Below are positions 9,626 to 26,246 of a stretch of 32,000 bases of DNA, in pieces; within the stretch, counting starts at the first letter, position 1, and the number at the start of each line of letters is the position of its first letter. The DNA lies in NCBI RefSeq assembly GCF_000023205.1, contig NC_012803.1, positions 1,350,001-1,382,000 of the forward strand, in the 5' to 3' direction. This DNA is from Micrococcus luteus NCTC 2665 (GTDB lineage Bacteria > Actinomycetota > Actinomycetes > Actinomycetales > Micrococcaceae). The notes beneath the pieces were generated by a model, which was given only the letters and a program-made list of their open reading frames with translations, was not told the origin of the DNA and ran no database searches. A program made the translations under genes and the position numbers.

Positions 9626-9940
9626 TCACCGGCCAATATAGGCGATCAGCGCCTCGCGCTGACGACGGCCCAGGCCGCCCAGCCGACGCCGCGGCGAGAT
9701 GCCGCACCCCGCCATCGCCTCCCGGGCCCGGACCTCGCCCACGCCCGGCAGGGCCAGCAGCAGGTCCACGGTCCGCAGACGGGCGACGGCGTCGTCGGCG
9801 TCCGCGCGCGCGAAAATGTCGGCCAGGCCGACCTCACCGGCGGCGAAGGCCGCCTTGAGCTCCGCCCGCGCCTGGCGGGCCTGGAGGGCCTTCCTCCGGG
9901 CCTCCGCCCTCTCCTGCACACTGAGCTGCCGCAACGCCAT
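9626..9940 (-). CDS. mihF: Integration host factor, actinobacterial type (mIHF)
   Basis: [32 protein letters not shown]...[17 protein letters not shown]...[15 protein letters not shown]. This matches the expected ~104-aa size and motif pattern of mIHF. ATG at 9940 has GAGG 7 nt upstream. The track ORF (to 10054) is over-extended. Confidence 0.88.
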   Translation of the reverse strand: MALRQLSVQERAEARRKALQARQARAELKAAFAAGEVGLADIFARADADDAVARLRTVDLLLALPGVGEVRAREAMAGCGISPRRRLGGLGRRQREALIAYIGR

Positions 9941-10028
9941 GGGTCTGACCTCGATGCCTCTCGTTCCCCACCGGCCCCGTCGTGACCCTTCCATGGTCAA
10001 GGACGACGAGCACAGCCGATCGAAAGGG

Positions 10029-10037
10029 AAGATACCA
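10029..10037 (-). promoter_or_regulatory. Candidate extended -10 element (TGgTATCTT) for mihF
   Basis: The minus-strand sequence reads ...GGGATGGTATCTTCCC.... It is the only TANNNT with an upstream TGN in the 138-nt pyrF-mihF spacer and sits about 90 nt upstream of the ATG. This is pattern-matching only. Confidence 0.25.
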
Positions 10038-10078
10038 TCCCGTCCACACGGCACGGGCGCGCCGGGAGGACGCGGGCG

Positions 10079-10962
10079 TCACCGCAGGGCGGCGCGATTC
10101 TCCTCGATCGTGTCCACCAGCGAGGCCACCGACGGGCCCGCGCTCAGGATGCCGCGGGACGAGGTCGCCAAGACCTGCGGCCAGGCCGTCCCGAAGTCGG
10201 CCCGCATGCCCCGGGCCGTGGCGCCCTGGACACCGAACCCGGGCGCCAGCAGGGGCCCGCCGAGGGCCGGCAGGTCCAGGCCGAGGCGGTCCGCCTCGGC
10301 GGCCACCGTGGCGCCCAAGACGAGTCCCACCGGCCCCCACGCGTCGTCGCCGCGCAGGGCCGCGTTCTCGGCGGCCGCCGCCGCGGCGATGCGCCGGGCG
10401 ACCGATCCCTCGGCCGACCCCTCGCCCACGTGCTGGACCTCGCGGCCCTCCGGATTGGAGGTCAGCGCGAGGACGAACACGCCGCGGCCGGCCTCGTGGG
10501 CGGCGCGGATGGTCGGCACGAGGGTGCCGAAACCCAGGTACGGGCTGAGCGTCACCGCATCCGCGGCCAGGGGCGAGGCGTCGGCGATCCACGCGGCGGC
10601 GTAGCCGTCCATGGTGGAGCCGATGTCACCGCGCTTGGCGTCCGCGATCGTGAGCACCCCGGCGTCCCGGGCGGCCGCGAGCAGCCGCTCCAGGGCCGCC
10701 AGGCCGGCCGATCCGTGGCGCTCGTACAGCGCCACCTGGGGCTTGATCGCCGCCACGCGGGGCCCCTCGGGACCCACCGCCGCCTCGAGGGCGGTCAGGG
10801 AGAACGCCTCGAGGCCCGCCGGGGTGTCGCTCAGGCCCCACTGCCGCAGCAGGCCCGGATGGGGGTCCACGCCGAGGCACAGCGGACCGGCCGTCTCCAT
10901 GGCGTGGGCCAGCCGCCGCCCGAAGGGGGCGCGGGGCCCCGCGCCGCCCGTCGCCGTCGTGG

Positions 10963-10966
<4 letters not shown>
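10079..10966 (-). CDS. pyrF: Orotidine 5'-phosphate decarboxylase (type 2)
   Basis: [26 protein letters not shown]...[14 protein letters not shown]...[19 protein letters not shown]. The GTG start at 10966 overlaps the carB stop (GTGA). Track ORF 10079..11902 is over-extended. Confidence 0.9.
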
Positions 10967-14268
<3,302 letters not shown>

Positions 14269-14271
14269 GGA

Positions 14272-15456
14272 TCAGGCTCCTTCGGTGGCGGGGGTGGTGG
14301 CGGCGCGGTGCTCGGTGAGCAGCTGCACGAAGCGGTCGAACAGGTCGAGGGTGTCGTTGGGGCCGGCCGCGGACTCCGGGTGGAACTGCACGGAGAAGGC
14401 GGGCCGGTCGAGCAGGCGCAGGCCCTCGACGACCTGGTCGTTCAGGGACCAGTGGGAGACCTCGACGCGGCCGAAGCGCGACTCCGGCGCCTCGATCGGC
14501 TCGCCGAGGGGGGCGTCCACGGCGAAGCCGTGGTTCTGGGAGGTGATGGCCACGCGGCCCGTGGCCTTGTCCAGCACCGGCTGGTTCGGGCCGCGGTGGC
14601 CGAACTTCAGCTTGTAGGTGTCGAAGCCGAGCGCGCGGCCGAAGATCTGGTTGCCGAAGCAGATGCCGAAGAACGGCAGGCCGGCGTCGAGGACCTCGCG
14701 CAGCAGCTCCACCTGGGCGTCTGCCGTGGCCGGGTCGCCGGGGCCGTTGGACAGGAAGACGCCGTCCGGGTCCACGGCGCGGATGCCGGCCAGGTCCGTG
14801 GCAGCGGGCAGCACGTGCACGCGGATGCCGCGGGAGGCCAGGTGCCGCGGCGTGGCGGCCTTGATGCCGAGGTCGAGGGCGGCGATCTCGGCGATCGGCT
14901 CGCCCTCCCAGCCGTGCTCGGCCGGCTCGATGACGTACGGCTGCTCCGTGGTGACGGACTCCGCGAGGCGGGCGCCGGCCATCGACGGCTGGGCGCGCAC
15001 CTCCGCCAGCAGCTCGGCCTCCGGGCGGGCGGCGTGCTCGCCGGAGAACACGCCGGCGCGCATCGAGCCCTCGGTGCGCAGGCGGCGGGTGATGGCCCGG
15101 GTGTCGACCTCGCGGATCCCGACGACGCCGAACGCCTCGAGCTCCTCGTCGAGGGTGCGCTCGGCGCGCCAGTTGGACGGACGCCGGGCCGCGTCGCGGA
15201 CCACGTAGCCGGCGGCGAAGATCGCCCACGACTCGCGGTCGGCGTCGTTGACCCCGGTGTTGCCGATGTGCGGGGAGGTCTGCACGATGATCTGCCCCGC
15301 GTAGGACGGGTCGGTGAGGGTCTCCTGGTAGCCGGTCATGCCCGTGGTGAACACGGCCTCGCCCAGGGTGCGGCCGCGGGCGCCGTAGGCCCGGCCGCGG
15401 TGGACGGTGCCGTCCTCGAGGACGAGCAGGGCCAGGTCGTCGGTGGGGGTGCTCAT
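14272..15456 (-). CDS. carA: Carbamoyl-phosphate synthase small (glutaminase) subunit
   Basis: LLVLEDGTVHRGRAYGA...FTTGMTGYQETLTDPSYAGQI. The GATase triad region reads GICFGNQ...HGFAV. ATG at 15456 is preceded by AAGGAGA. The track ORF (to 15999) is over-extended. Confidence 0.93.
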   Translation of the reverse strand: MSTPTDDLALLVLEDGTVHRGRAYGARGRTLGEAVFTTGMTGYQETLTDPSYAGQIIVQTSPHIGNTGVNDADRESWAIFAAGYVVRDAARRPSNWRAERTLDEELEAFGVVGIREVDTRAITRRLRTEGSMRAGVFSGEHAARPEAELLAEVRAQPSMAGARLAESVTTEQPYVIEPAEHGWEGEPIAEIAALDLGIKAATPRHLASRGIRVHVLPAATDLAGIRAVDPDGVFLSNGPGDPATADAQVELLREVLDAGLPFFGICFGNQIFGRALGFDTYKLKFGHRGPNQPVLDKATGRVAITSQNHGFAVDAPLGEPIEAPESRFGRVEVSHWSLNDQVVEGLRLLDRPAFSVQFHPESAAGPNDTLDLFDRFVQLLTEHRAATTPATEGA

Positions 15457-16079
15457 CGGGGGTCTCCTTCTCCTGCGCGGCCGGCCGGGTCGGCCGGGGC
15501 GGGGTCGATGATGGTCTGCAGGGCGGCGAGGAGCCGGTCGCGGTCCTCGGGGCGGTCGGGGCGGAAGGCGGAGGTGAGTTCGACGTCGCCGAGGCGCCAG
15601 CCCCAGGCGACGAGCCCGCCCGGCTCGACGAACTTGCCGGCGATCCCGCCGGACAGGCCGGCCTCGACGAGGTCGTCCGCGGGGATGAACAGGTTGGCGG
15701 CCCCGGGGCGGAGCACGAGCAGGCCGCGGTGGGTGCCGGCGTCGTGGACCTCGAGGACGGCGCGCGAGCGCAGGCCCAGGCCGTGCACCGCCACGCGGTC
15801 CAGTCGGTCCTCGCCGCGCACCGTGCCCACGTGCATGCCCTCCGCGGACAGCGTCGGCTCGGCGTCGTAGAGGGCCGTCGGCACGGGGGCCGGGGCCGGG
15901 ATCCCGGCCTGCGCCCGGCGGCGGGCCCGCCACCCGAGGGCCAGCAGGCCGAGCAGCACGAGGACGACGGCCAGGGTGCCCAGGGTCACCGGCAGCCACA
16001 CGTCCGCGTAGTCCTTCGTCGGGGTCCGCGGCGGGACGGGACGGGCCGCCAGGGCGGCGGCCAGGGAGGTGATGCTCAC
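15453..16079 (-). CDS. Uncharacterised single-pass membrane protein embedded in the pyr operon (positional equivalent of M. tuberculosis Rv1382)
   Basis: The GTG at 16079 overlaps the pyrC stop (GTGA) and its own stop overlaps the carA ATG (ATGA). One hydrophobic helix (WLPVTLGTLAVVLVLLGLLALGW) is followed by a ~140-aa soluble domain. I recognise no catalytic motif. Confidence 0.65.
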   Translation of the reverse strand: MSITSLAAALAARPVPPRTPTKDYADVWLPVTLGTLAVVLVLLGLLALGWRARRRAQAGIPAPAPVPTALYDAEPTLSAEGMHVGTVRGEDRLDRVAVHGLGLRSRAVLEVHDAGTHRGLLVLRPGAANLFIPADDLVEAGLSGGIAGKFVEPGGLVAWGWRLGDVELTSAFRPDRPEDRDRLLAALQTIIDPAPADPAGRAGEGDPR

Positions 16080-17455
16080 GCGCGCTCCCCCGTCTCCGTC
16101 AGGGCCGGGTGGCGGTACGGCCGGGCGGGGGCGCCGTCGGCGACGACGCGGGCACCGCGATAGACCGTGTGGCGCACCGCGCCCGGCAGCTCCATGCCCC
16201 GGTACGGGCTGTTGCGGGACTTGGTCAGGTGCTGCTCGGGGTCCACGGTGCGGCGGGCCTGCGCGTCCACGAGCACGAGGTTGGCCACCGCGCCGACGCG
16301 CGGGACGCCGCGCTCGTCGGCCTGGCCCTGGTCGGTCAGGCCGGCGATCCGGGCCGGCGCCGTGGACATCACGCGGGCGACGCCGGCCCAGTCCATCAGG
16401 CCGGTGTCCACCATCGCCTGCTGCACCACGGACAGGGCGGTCTCGAGGCCCGTCATGCCCATCGCCGCGACCGTCCACTCGCACTGCTTGGTCTCGGCGG
16501 TGTGCGGGGCGTGGTCGGTGCCCACGGTGTCGATGGTGCCGTCGGCCAGGCCGGCGCGCAGGGCCAGGACGTCGGACTCGCGGCGCAGCGGCGGATTGAC
16601 CTTGAACACGGGGTCGTAGGAGCGGACGAGCTCCTCGGTGAGCAGCAGGTGGTGCGGGGTGACCTCGGCGGTCACGGCCACGCCCTGGGCCTTGGCCCAG
16701 CGGATCAGCTCGACGGAGCCGGCCGTGGAGACGTGGCACACGTGCAGGCGGGAGTCGACGTGTTGGGCCAACAAGACGTCACGGGCGATGACGGCCTCCT
16801 CCGCCACGGCGGGCCAGCCGGCCAGGCCGAGGACGCCGGAGAGCTCGGACTCGTTCATCTGGGCGCCGGCGGTGAGGTTCGGCTCCTGCGCGTGCTGGGC
16901 CACGAAGCCGCCGAAGGACTTCACGTACTCGAGCGCCCGGCGCATCAGCACGGCGTCGTGGACGCACATGCCGTCGTCGGAGAACATGCGCACGCGGGCC
17001 TGCGAGTCGGCCATCGCGCCGAGGTCGGCCAGGGCCTCGCCGGCCAGGCCCACGGTCACCGCGCCCACGGGGTGCACATCGCACCAGCCCGCGTCCCGGC
17101 CCAGCCGCCACACCTGCTCCACCACGCCCGCGGTGTCCGCCGTCGGCGTCGAGTTGGCCATCGCGTGGACCGAGGTGAAGCCGCCCATCGCGGCGGCGCG
17201 GGTGCCGGTCTCGACCGTCTCCGCATCCTCCTTGCCGGGCTGGCGCAGATGGGTGTGCAGGTCGACGAGCCCGGGCAGCAGCACCAGTCCGGCGCAGTCG
17301 ACCTCCTCGGGGGTCGGCTCGAGGCCGGCGGCGTGGGCCGCGGCGTCCGGGCCGAGGGCGGCGATCCGGCCCTCGGCGACGAGCACGTCGGCGGTCTCGC
17401 CCGTGGTCAGGCGCGCGCTGCGCAGCAGCAGGGGGGCGGGGCTGGGGGCGCTCAC
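16076..17455 (-). CDS. pyrC: Dihydroorotase
   Basis: [15 protein letters not shown] is the metal-binding HxH motif. It also contains [15 protein letters not shown] and VGTDHAPH. The GTG start overlaps the pyrB stop. Confidence 0.93.
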   Translation of the reverse strand: MSAPSPAPLLLRSARLTTGETADVLVAEGRIAALGPDAAAHAAGLEPTPEEVDCAGLVLLPGLVDLHTHLRQPGKEDAETVETGTRAAAMGGFTSVHAMANSTPTADTAGVVEQVWRLGRDAGWCDVHPVGAVTVGLAGEALADLGAMADSQARVRMFSDDGMCVHDAVLMRRALEYVKSFGGFVAQHAQEPNLTAGAQMNESELSGVLGLAGWPAVAEEAVIARDVLLAQHVDSRLHVCHVSTAGSVELIRWAKAQGVAVTAEVTPHHLLLTEELVRSYDPVFKVNPPLRRESDVLALRAGLADGTIDTVGTDHAPHTAETKQCEWTVAAMGMTGLETALSVVQQAMVDTGLMDWAGVARVMSTAPARIAGLTDQGQADERGVPRVGAVANLVLVDAQARRTVDPEQHLTKSRNSPYRGMELPGAVRHTVYRGARVVADGAPARPYRHPALTETGERA

Positions 17456-18435
17456 GGGCGGACCTCCTGGTCGTGGTTGAGGACGAGGTGCAGGACCGCC
17501 ATGCGCACGGACACGCCGTTGGCGACCTGCTCGAGGGCGGTGTTGCGGGGCGAGTCCGCCGCCGCCGGGCTGATCTCCAGGCCGCGGTTCATCGGGCCGG
17601 GGTGCATGACCACGGGCTCGTCGAGCAGGGCGCCGCGGCCGGCGGTGAGGCGGGCGAAGCGGTCATCGGTCAGCCCCCAGGTCCGGGTGTACTCCCCCGC
17701 GGACGGGAAGAAGGCGCCGCCCATCCGCTCGGCCTGGACGCGGAGCATCATGACGGCGTCAGGGCTGGCGTCGAGGGCCTCGTCGAGCGAGTAGGTGACC
17801 TGGCACGGCCACGCGGCCACGCCCACGGGCAGCAGGGTGGGCGGGGCGGCCAGGGTGACCTGTGCGCCCAGCGTGCTGAGCAGCCACACGTTGGACCGGG
17901 CCACGCGCGAGTGCAGGATGTCGCCCACGATCACCACGCGCATGCCGGTCAGGTCCTGGCCGACCAGGTCCTCTCCCGTCGCCGCGGCGAGGCGCCGGCG
18001 CAGGGTGAAGGCGTCCAGGAGGGCCTGGGTGGGGTGCTCGTGGGTGCCGTCGCCGGCGTTCACGACGGCGGAGCGCACCCAGCCGGAGTCGGCCAGCTGG
18101 CGGGCCGCGCCCGAGGACCAGTGGCGCATCACGATGGCGTCCGCGCCGATGGCCTCGAGCGTCTGGACGGTGTCCTTGAGCGACTCCCCCTTGGAGACGG
18201 ACGATCCCTTCGCGGAGAAGTTGATCACATCCGCGGAGAGCCGCTTGGCGGCGGCCTCGAAGGAGATGCGGGTGCGGGTGGAGTCCTCGAGGAAGAGGTT
18301 CACCACGGTGCGGCCGCGGAGGGCGGGCAGCTTCTTGACCTCGCGCTGGTTGACGGCGGCCATCTCCTCGGCGGTGTCGAGGACGGCGAGGGCGTCGGCG
18401 CGGGAGAGGTCGGCGGTGGACAGCAGGTGGCGCAC
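17452..18435 (-). CDS. pyrB: Aspartate carbamoyltransferase catalytic subunit
   Basis: [22 protein letters not shown] (STRTR motif), HPTQALLD and [10 protein letters not shown]. Confidence 0.95.
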   Translation of the reverse strand: MRHLLSTADLSRADALAVLDTAEEMAAVNQREVKKLPALRGRTVVNLFLEDSTRTRISFEAAAKRLSADVINFSAKGSSVSKGESLKDTVQTLEAIGADAIVMRHWSSGAARQLADSGWVRSAVVNAGDGTHEHPTQALLDAFTLRRRLAAATGEDLVGQDLTGMRVVIVGDILHSRVARSNVWLLSTLGAQVTLAAPPTLLPVGVAAWPCQVTYSLDEALDASPDAVMMLRVQAERMGGAFFPSAGEYTRTWGLTDDRFARLTAGRGALLDEPVVMHPGPMNRGLEISPAAADSPRNTALEQVANGVSVRMAVLHLVLNHDQEVRP

Positions 18436-18438
18436 GGC

Positions 18439-19095
<657 letters not shown>

Positions 19096-19215
19096 GGTCC
19101 GTCCCCGGGCGCCTGTGGGCCCCGCGCGAGACGTCGTCGACTCTACCAGCGAGGCCCACCCCACGACGCGGATGACGCGGTGCGGGACGGGCCTCGTGAC
19201 GGAGCTCTCGGCGGC

Positions 19216-19668
19216 TCAGGCGAGCAGCGTCGGCTTGACCTGCTGCAGGCGGCCGAGCAGACCGTTGACGAACTCGGGCGAGTCGTCCGTGGACAGCTGA
19301 GCGGCCAGGGCGACGGCCTCCGAGATGGCGACGGCGTCCGGCACGTCGTCCTGGAACAGCAGCTCCCAGGCCCCCACCCGCAGGATCGCCCGGTCGACGG
19401 CGGGCATGCGGTCCAGGGACCAGCCGCGGGAGTAGGAGCTCAGGGCCTCGTCGAGCCGCTCCTGGTCCGCGATGACGCCCTCCACGAGCCGCTGGGTGTA
19501 GGCGTTCACCTGCAGGTCGGTGCTCTCGCGGCGGGTGCGGATGCCCTCCGACACGGTGGATCCGCGCTGCTCGGCCTCGAACAGGATCTCCACCGCACGC
19601 TGCCGGGAGCGGCTGCGCGCCGTGGTCCCCCGCTTGGCAGCGGAGCCGGCGGAGGCCCGCTCAGTCAT
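19216..19668 (-). CDS. nusB: Transcription antitermination factor NusB
   Basis: [18 protein letters not shown]...[20 protein letters not shown]...[25 protein letters not shown]. The ATG at 19668 overlaps the efp stop by 8 nt (ATGACTGA). Track ORF 19216..20061 is over-extended. Confidence 0.9.
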   Translation of the reverse strand: MTERASAGSAAKRGTTARSRSRQRAVEILFEAEQRGSTVSEGIRTRRESTDLQVNAYTQRLVEGVIADQERLDEALSSYSRGWSLDRMPAVDRAILRVGAWELLFQDDVPDAVAISEAVALAAQLSTDDSPEFVNGLLGRLQQVKPTLLA

Positions 19669-20224
19669 TGACGCGGCCGAGGTAGTCGCCGGTGCGGGTG
19701 TCGACCTTGACGCGGGTGCCCTGCTCCACGAAGAGCGGCACCTGGATCTCGGCGCCGGTCTCCACGGTGGCGGGCTTGGTGCCGGCGGACGAGCGGTCCC
19801 CCTGCAGGCCCGGCTCGGTGTAGGTGATCTCCAGGACCACGGACGCCGGCATCTCGAGGTACAGCGGCGTGCCCTCGTGCAGGGCGATGACCACCTGGGT
19901 GTTCTCGAGCATGTACTTCGCGGCGTCGCCGACCACGGCCCCGGGCACGGTGATCTGGTCGTAGTCCTTGACGTCCATGAACACGTAGTCCGCGCCGTCC
20001 TGGTAGAGGTACTGGTAGTCGGAGCGGTCCACGGTGGCGAACTCGACCTTGGCGCCGGCATTGAAGGTCTTGTCCACGACCTTGCCCGTGGTGATGTTCT
20101 TCATCTTGGTGCGGACGAACGCGCCGCCCTTGCCCGGCTTGACGTGCTGGAACTCGGTGACGTTCCAAAGCTGGCCCTCCAGCTTCAGGACGGCGCCGTT
20201 CTTGATGTCGTTGCTCGTTGCCAC
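19661..20224 (-). CDS. efp: Elongation factor P
   Basis: [43 protein letters not shown]. The GTG at 20224 gives the canonical (M)[10 protein letters not shown]-terminus. The track start at 20260 is probably an over-extension. Confidence 0.9.
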   Translation of the reverse strand: MATSNDIKNGAVLKLEGQLWNVTEFQHVKPGKGGAFVRTKMKNITTGKVVDKTFNAGAKVEFATVDRSDYQYLYQDGADYVFMDVKDYDQITVPGAVVGDAAKYMLENTQVVIALHEGTPLYLEMPASVVLEITYTEPGLQGDRSSAGTKPATVETGAEIQVPLFVEQGTRVKVDTRTGDYLGRVND

Positions 20225-20344
20225 GTGTGTGTGCTCCCGATCGGTCTCGCGGACCGTCACGGGTCCGCCTGCAGTGGGTGGGGTCTTGGATGTGCGCGGG
20301 CCAGTCTACGGGAGGCCCTGCGCGGGGCCGAGGTCAGCGGCGGC

Positions 20345-22214
<1,870 letters not shown>

Positions 22215-22218
<4 letters not shown>

Positions 22219-23450
22219 GGCAGGGGGTCGCCCATCGGGCCGTCCTCCACGACGTCGGCGCCCGGCTCCGGCAGGGCGGGGACCGCGGCCCGGAACGCCT
22301 CGAGGTTGCGGCGCGTCTCGGCCACGGAGTCGCCGCCGAACTTCTCGAGCATCGCATCGGCCAGGACGAGGGCGACCATGGCCTCGGCGACGATGCCCGC
22401 GGCGGGCACGGCCGCCACGTCGGAGCGCTGATGGTGGGCCGTGGTCTCCACGCCCGTGGCGACGTCGACCGTGGGCAGCGCGCGCGGCACCGTGGCGATC
22501 GGCTTCATCGCGGCGCTCACGCGCAGCAGCCCGCCCGTCGACATGCCGGCCTCGATGCCGCCGGCCCGGTCGCTCGTGCGCCGGGGGCGGCCGTCCGCGC
22601 CGCGGGCGATCCCGTCGTGGGCGGCGGAGCCGCGTCGGGCGGCCGTGGCGAACCCGTCACCGACCTGCACGCCCTTGATCGCCTGGATGCCCATCAGCGC
22701 CCCGGCCAGCCGCGCGTCGAGGCGGCGGTCCCAGTGCACGTGGGAGCCCAGGCCGATCGGCACGCTGTACACCAGCACCTCCACGACGCCGCCGAGGGTC
22801 TCCCCGGCGCGGTGGGCGTCGTCGACCTCGGCGACCATCGCCGCCGAGGTCTGCGGGTCGAGGCAGCGGACCGGGTCGGCGTCGAGGCGGGCCTCGTCCT
22901 CGGGGACGGGGAACGGGTGGCTCTCCGGCAGGGCCGCCTCCCCGAAGGCCACGGTGTGGGAGACGATCCGCACGCCGAGCTCGCCGAGGAAGGCGCGGGC
23001 GACGGTGCCCAGGGCCACGCGGGCGGCGGTCTCCCGGGCGGAGGCGCGCTCGAGGAGGGGGCGGGCCTCGTCGAAGCCGTACTTCTGCATGCCGGTCAGG
23101 TCGGCGTGGCCGGGTCGGGGGCGAGTGAGCGCCGCGTTGCGGGCCAGACCGTCGAGCTCCTCCGCGGGGACGGGATCGGCGGCCATCACCTTCTCCCACT
23201 TGGGCCATTCCGTGTTGCCCACCTGGATCGCCACGGGCGAGCCGAGGGTGCGGCCGTGGCGGACGCCGCCGAGGATCGTCACCGCGTCCTGCTCGAACTT
23301 CATGCGCGCGCCGCGCCCATACCCCAGGCGGCGGCGCGCGAGCGCGTCCTGCACGTCCTGCGTCGTGACCGGGATCCCGGCCGGCAGTCCCTCAACGATT
23401 CCTGTGAGCGCGGGGCCGTGAGACTCCCCCGCTGTCAACCAGCGCACCAT
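22215..23450 (-). CDS. aroC: Chorismate synthase
   Basis: [38 protein letters not shown]-like [12 protein letters not shown] and [18 protein letters not shown] at 23450. The track start at 23510 is over-extended. Confidence 0.93.
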
Positions 23451-23529
23451 GGCGTGCAGTCTCTCACGCACGGGGGCCCGCGCCGTCACGTGTGACCGGA
23501 CGGGACGCACCGGATCCGGCGTTCGACGC

Positions 23530-24459
23530 TCAGCCTGCGGCCGGTCCCAGGGCGTCCGCCGCGGCGCGCGTCACCGCCGCCCAGTCCGGCTCGGGCATCC
23601 CGGCCGCGGCGCGGGGCCGGGCCGTGAACAGCCGGACCTGCTCAACGCCCTGGTGCAGCAGCATGGACAGCCCGGACGCCACCGGACCGCCCTCCCGGGA
23701 CCAGGCGGCCGCCAGCACGGAGGGCCACGGGTCGTAGGCCGCGTCCAGCAGGGGCGGGAGGGCGGCGTCGGCCGGCACGTGTGCGGCCAGGGCGTCCGCG
23801 GCGCGCGGCGGCAGGGTGGCGACGACGGCACGCAGCCCCGGTGCCCGCCGGAGCAGATCCGGCTGGCCGAGGGTCGCCCAGCGCAGCCCGAGCGCGTCGG
23901 CCAGGGCCGTCACCTCGGCGGCGCGCGCTGCGTCGCGGACGCCGAAGAGCACCGCGTCCGCCCCGAGCGTGGCGGCGGCGAGGACGGCCGCCGTCGCGGT
24001 CCCCCCGTTCCCGAGGACGCCGACGGTCCCGCCCCGGGCGGCACGGTCGAGGCCGGCCGCGGCGAGGGCGCCGAGGATGCCGTCCACGTCCGTGTTCTCG
24101 GCGTGGACGACCCCGGGGGCGGCGGGGTGGTCGCGCACGAGGGTGTTCGCGGTGCCCAGGAGCCGGACGCGGTCGCTGACCCGCCCGGCGGCGGCGACGA
24201 CCGCCCGCTTCAGCGGCATGGTCACGGAGCAGCCGAGCCAGTCCTGGCCGCGGGCCGCGGCCGCGCCGCCGTCGGCCGCGCCCGGGGCGCCGAGGTGTTC
24301 GGCCGCGAAGGCGAGCACCTCGTCCTCGCCTAGGTCACGGCGGCCGTAGTCGATGTCGAGGCCGAGGACCCGGTAGGCGGCCGCGTGCAGCACCGGGGAG
24401 AGCGAGTGGGCGATCGGCCGGCCCAGGACCGCCGCGCGCAGCACGGGGCGCATCAGCAC
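23530..24459 (-). CDS. aroE: Shikimate 5-dehydrogenase
   Basis: [21 protein letters not shown]...CSVTMPLK...GTANTLV...[12 protein letters not shown]. The start is either GTG at 24459 or ATG at 24453. The latter shares one base with the mltG stop. Confidence 0.88.
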   Translation of the reverse strand: MLMRPVLRAAVLGRPIAHSLSPVLHAAAYRVLGLDIDYGRRDLGEDEVLAFAAEHLGAPGAADGGAAAARGQDWLGCSVTMPLKRAVVAAAGRVSDRVRLLGTANTLVRDHPAAPGVVHAENTDVDGILGALAAAGLDRAARGGTVGVLGNGGTATAAVLAAATLGADAVLFGVRDAARAAEVTALADALGLRWATLGQPDLLRRAPGLRAVVATLPPRAADALAAHVPADAALPPLLDAAYDPWPSVLAAAWSREGGPVASGLSMLLHQGVEQVRLFTARPRAAAGMPEPDWAAVTRAAADALGPAAG

Positions 24460-25721
24460 ACCCCCGGGTTGGACGCGCAGTAGCGCTGCAGGGTGCGCAC
24501 GTGCTGCTGGTGCTCCTCATAGGTGCGGGAGAACTCGGTGTGGCCGGTGCCGATGTCCGTGGTCACCCAGTAGTAGGCGTCCGTCTCGGCCGGGTCGAGG
24601 GCGGCCTCGACGGCCGCGTCGGAGGGCATGCCGATCGGACCCGGCGGCAGGCCCGGGTGCACGTACGTGTTGTAGGGGTTCGAGGCGTCCTGCCGCTGGC
24701 CCGAGGTGAAGCTGAGGCTACGCACTCCGAGGCCGTACGTGACGGTGGCGTCGATCTGCAGGAGCCCGTGCGTCTCGGTGTTGTCCGGGGCGAGGCGGTT
24801 CACGATGGCGCCGGCGACCTGCTGGTAGTCCTGGGGCAGGGCCTCCGCCTCGAGGATGGAGGCGATCGTGAGCACGCGCTGCTGCTCGGCCGGGTCGCGG
24901 ACGTTGAGGGCCTCGAGCTCGGTGAGGGTGGGCCGGATCAGGGCGTCGAGCACCTGCCCGGCGGTGGCGTCGACGGGGAGGCGGTACTCCCCCGCGTCGA
25001 GCCAGCCCTCGAGCGTGCCCGCCTCCCCGGGGACGCCGTAGCGGGTCGGGTCCTGGGCGGCGGCCTCGAGCTCCTCGCGGGGCAGCCCCGTGGCCTCGGC
25101 GACGGCGTCCAGCACCTCGGTGAGTCGCCGCCCGCGCTCCACGAGCACGTAGTGCACGGCCCCGTCCGTGGCACCCTGGAGCACCGCGAGGGCCTCGGCC
25201 GCGGGCATCCGCTCGCGCAGCACGAAGTCCCCCGAACGGACGAGACCGCTGCCCGTGTCCCTGGCGGCGCGCTCGAAAGCACGGGCGGAGCCCACGATGC
25301 CGGCCCGGTCCAGGCGGGCCGCCACGGAGCCCAGGTCCTCGCCCGGCTCCACCGAGAACGTCACCTCGTCGCCCTCGACGGCCGTGTGGTCGGGGCCGCT
25401 CAGGAAGCCGCGCACGATCAGCCCGACCACGACGGCGAACGCCACCAGCACCGTGCCCAGCACCAGCGCGGTCCGCCGCCGGCCGGCGCCGCGGTCGACC
25501 CGCGAGGCCGGGTGGGACCCGGTGCCCCGGCGGCGCAGGAGCATGCGAGGCCGGCGTGGGCCGGCCGCGTCGACCGGCTGGGACGGGGCGCCGACGTCGG
25601 CCTCGTCCGCCTCGTCGTGGGCGAAGCCGAACACGTCGAGGTCGTCGTGGACGTCGGCCTCGTCGCCGAGCAGATCGTCCCAGTGGTCCTCACGCCGAGC
25701 GTGCTGGTGGTCGCCGGTCAC
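24453..25721 (-). CDS. mltG: Endolytic murein transglycosylase MltG (YceG-like)
   Basis: An acidic cytoplasmic N-terminus is followed by one TM helix (ALVLGTVLVAFAVVVGLIV). The C-terminus reads ASILEAEA...NPYNTYVHPGLPPGPIGMPSDAAVEAAL. The GTG start overlaps the ruvX stop (GTGA). Confidence 0.9.
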   Translation of the reverse strand: MTGDHQHARREDHWDDLLGDEADVHDDLDVFGFAHDEADEADVGAPSQPVDAAGPRRPRMLLRRRGTGSHPASRVDRGAGRRRTALVLGTVLVAFAVVVGLIVRGFLSGPDHTAVEGDEVTFSVEPGEDLGSVAARLDRAGIVGSARAFERAARDTGSGLVRSGDFVLRERMPAAEALAVLQGATDGAVHYVLVERGRRLTEVLDAVAEATGLPREELEAAAQDPTRYGVPGEAGTLEGWLDAGEYRLPVDATAGQVLDALIRPTLTELEALNVRDPAEQQRVLTIASILEAEALPQDYQQVAGAIVNRLAPDNTETHGLLQIDATVTYGLGVRSLSFTSGQRQDASNPYNTYVHPGLPPGPIGMPSDAAVEAALDPAETDAYYWVTTDIGTGHTEFSRTYEEHQQHVRTLQRYCASNPGVC

Positions 25722-26239
25722 CGGATCGGCTCCCGGTCCTGGCCGGCCCAGCGCCCGGTGCGGCGCTGCTCGTCCACGGCGGCCTGCAGGATCGCGACGG
25801 CGGCCGCCTGGTCGATCACGCCGCGGCTGTCCTTGACGGACCGGCCCGCGGCCCGCAGTCCGGCCTGCGCGGAGACCGTGCTGAGCCGCTCGTCGACGAG
25901 CCGGAGCGGCACGGGGTGGCCCGCCTCGGCCAGGGCGGCGGCGACGGCGTCCGCGTAGTCGAGGGCGTCCTGCGTGGACGGCGTGTGCTCGCCCCGCAGA
26001 TTCACCGGCAGGCCGACGTACACGGCGACGACGTCGAGCTCGCGTGCGTGGGCGACGAGCTCGTCCACGTCACGACGTCGACGCGCATCCCGCCGCAGGG
26101 TGGCCACGGGGGTGGCGATCAGGCCGTCGGGGTCGGCCGACGCGACGCCCACGCGGGCACGGCCGACGTCGACGCCGAGGGTGCGCCCCCGGCGCACGGC
26201 GTCGGTTGCCGCGTTGGCCCCGTCCTGACCTGCGCTCAC
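25718..26239 (-). CDS. ruvX: Putative pre-16S rRNA nuclease / Holliday junction resolvase-like protein (YqgF family)
   Basis: RTLGVDVGRARVGVASADPDG.IATPV...VVAVYVGLPVNLRGEHT...VDERLSTVSA...VIDQAAAVAILQ. The GTG at 26239 lies 7 nt after the alaS stop. A later GTG (VRRGRTLG) is possible. Track ORF 25718..26602 is over-extended. Confidence 0.85.
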   Translation of the reverse strand: MSAGQDGANAATDAVRRGRTLGVDVGRARVGVASADPDGLIATPVATLRRDARRRRDVDELVAHARELDVVAVYVGLPVNLRGEHTPSTQDALDYADAVAAALAEAGHPVPLRLVDERLSTVSAQAGLRAAGRSVKDSRGVIDQAAAVAILQAAVDEQRRTGRWAGQDREPIR

Positions 26240-26246
26240 GTCCGCC

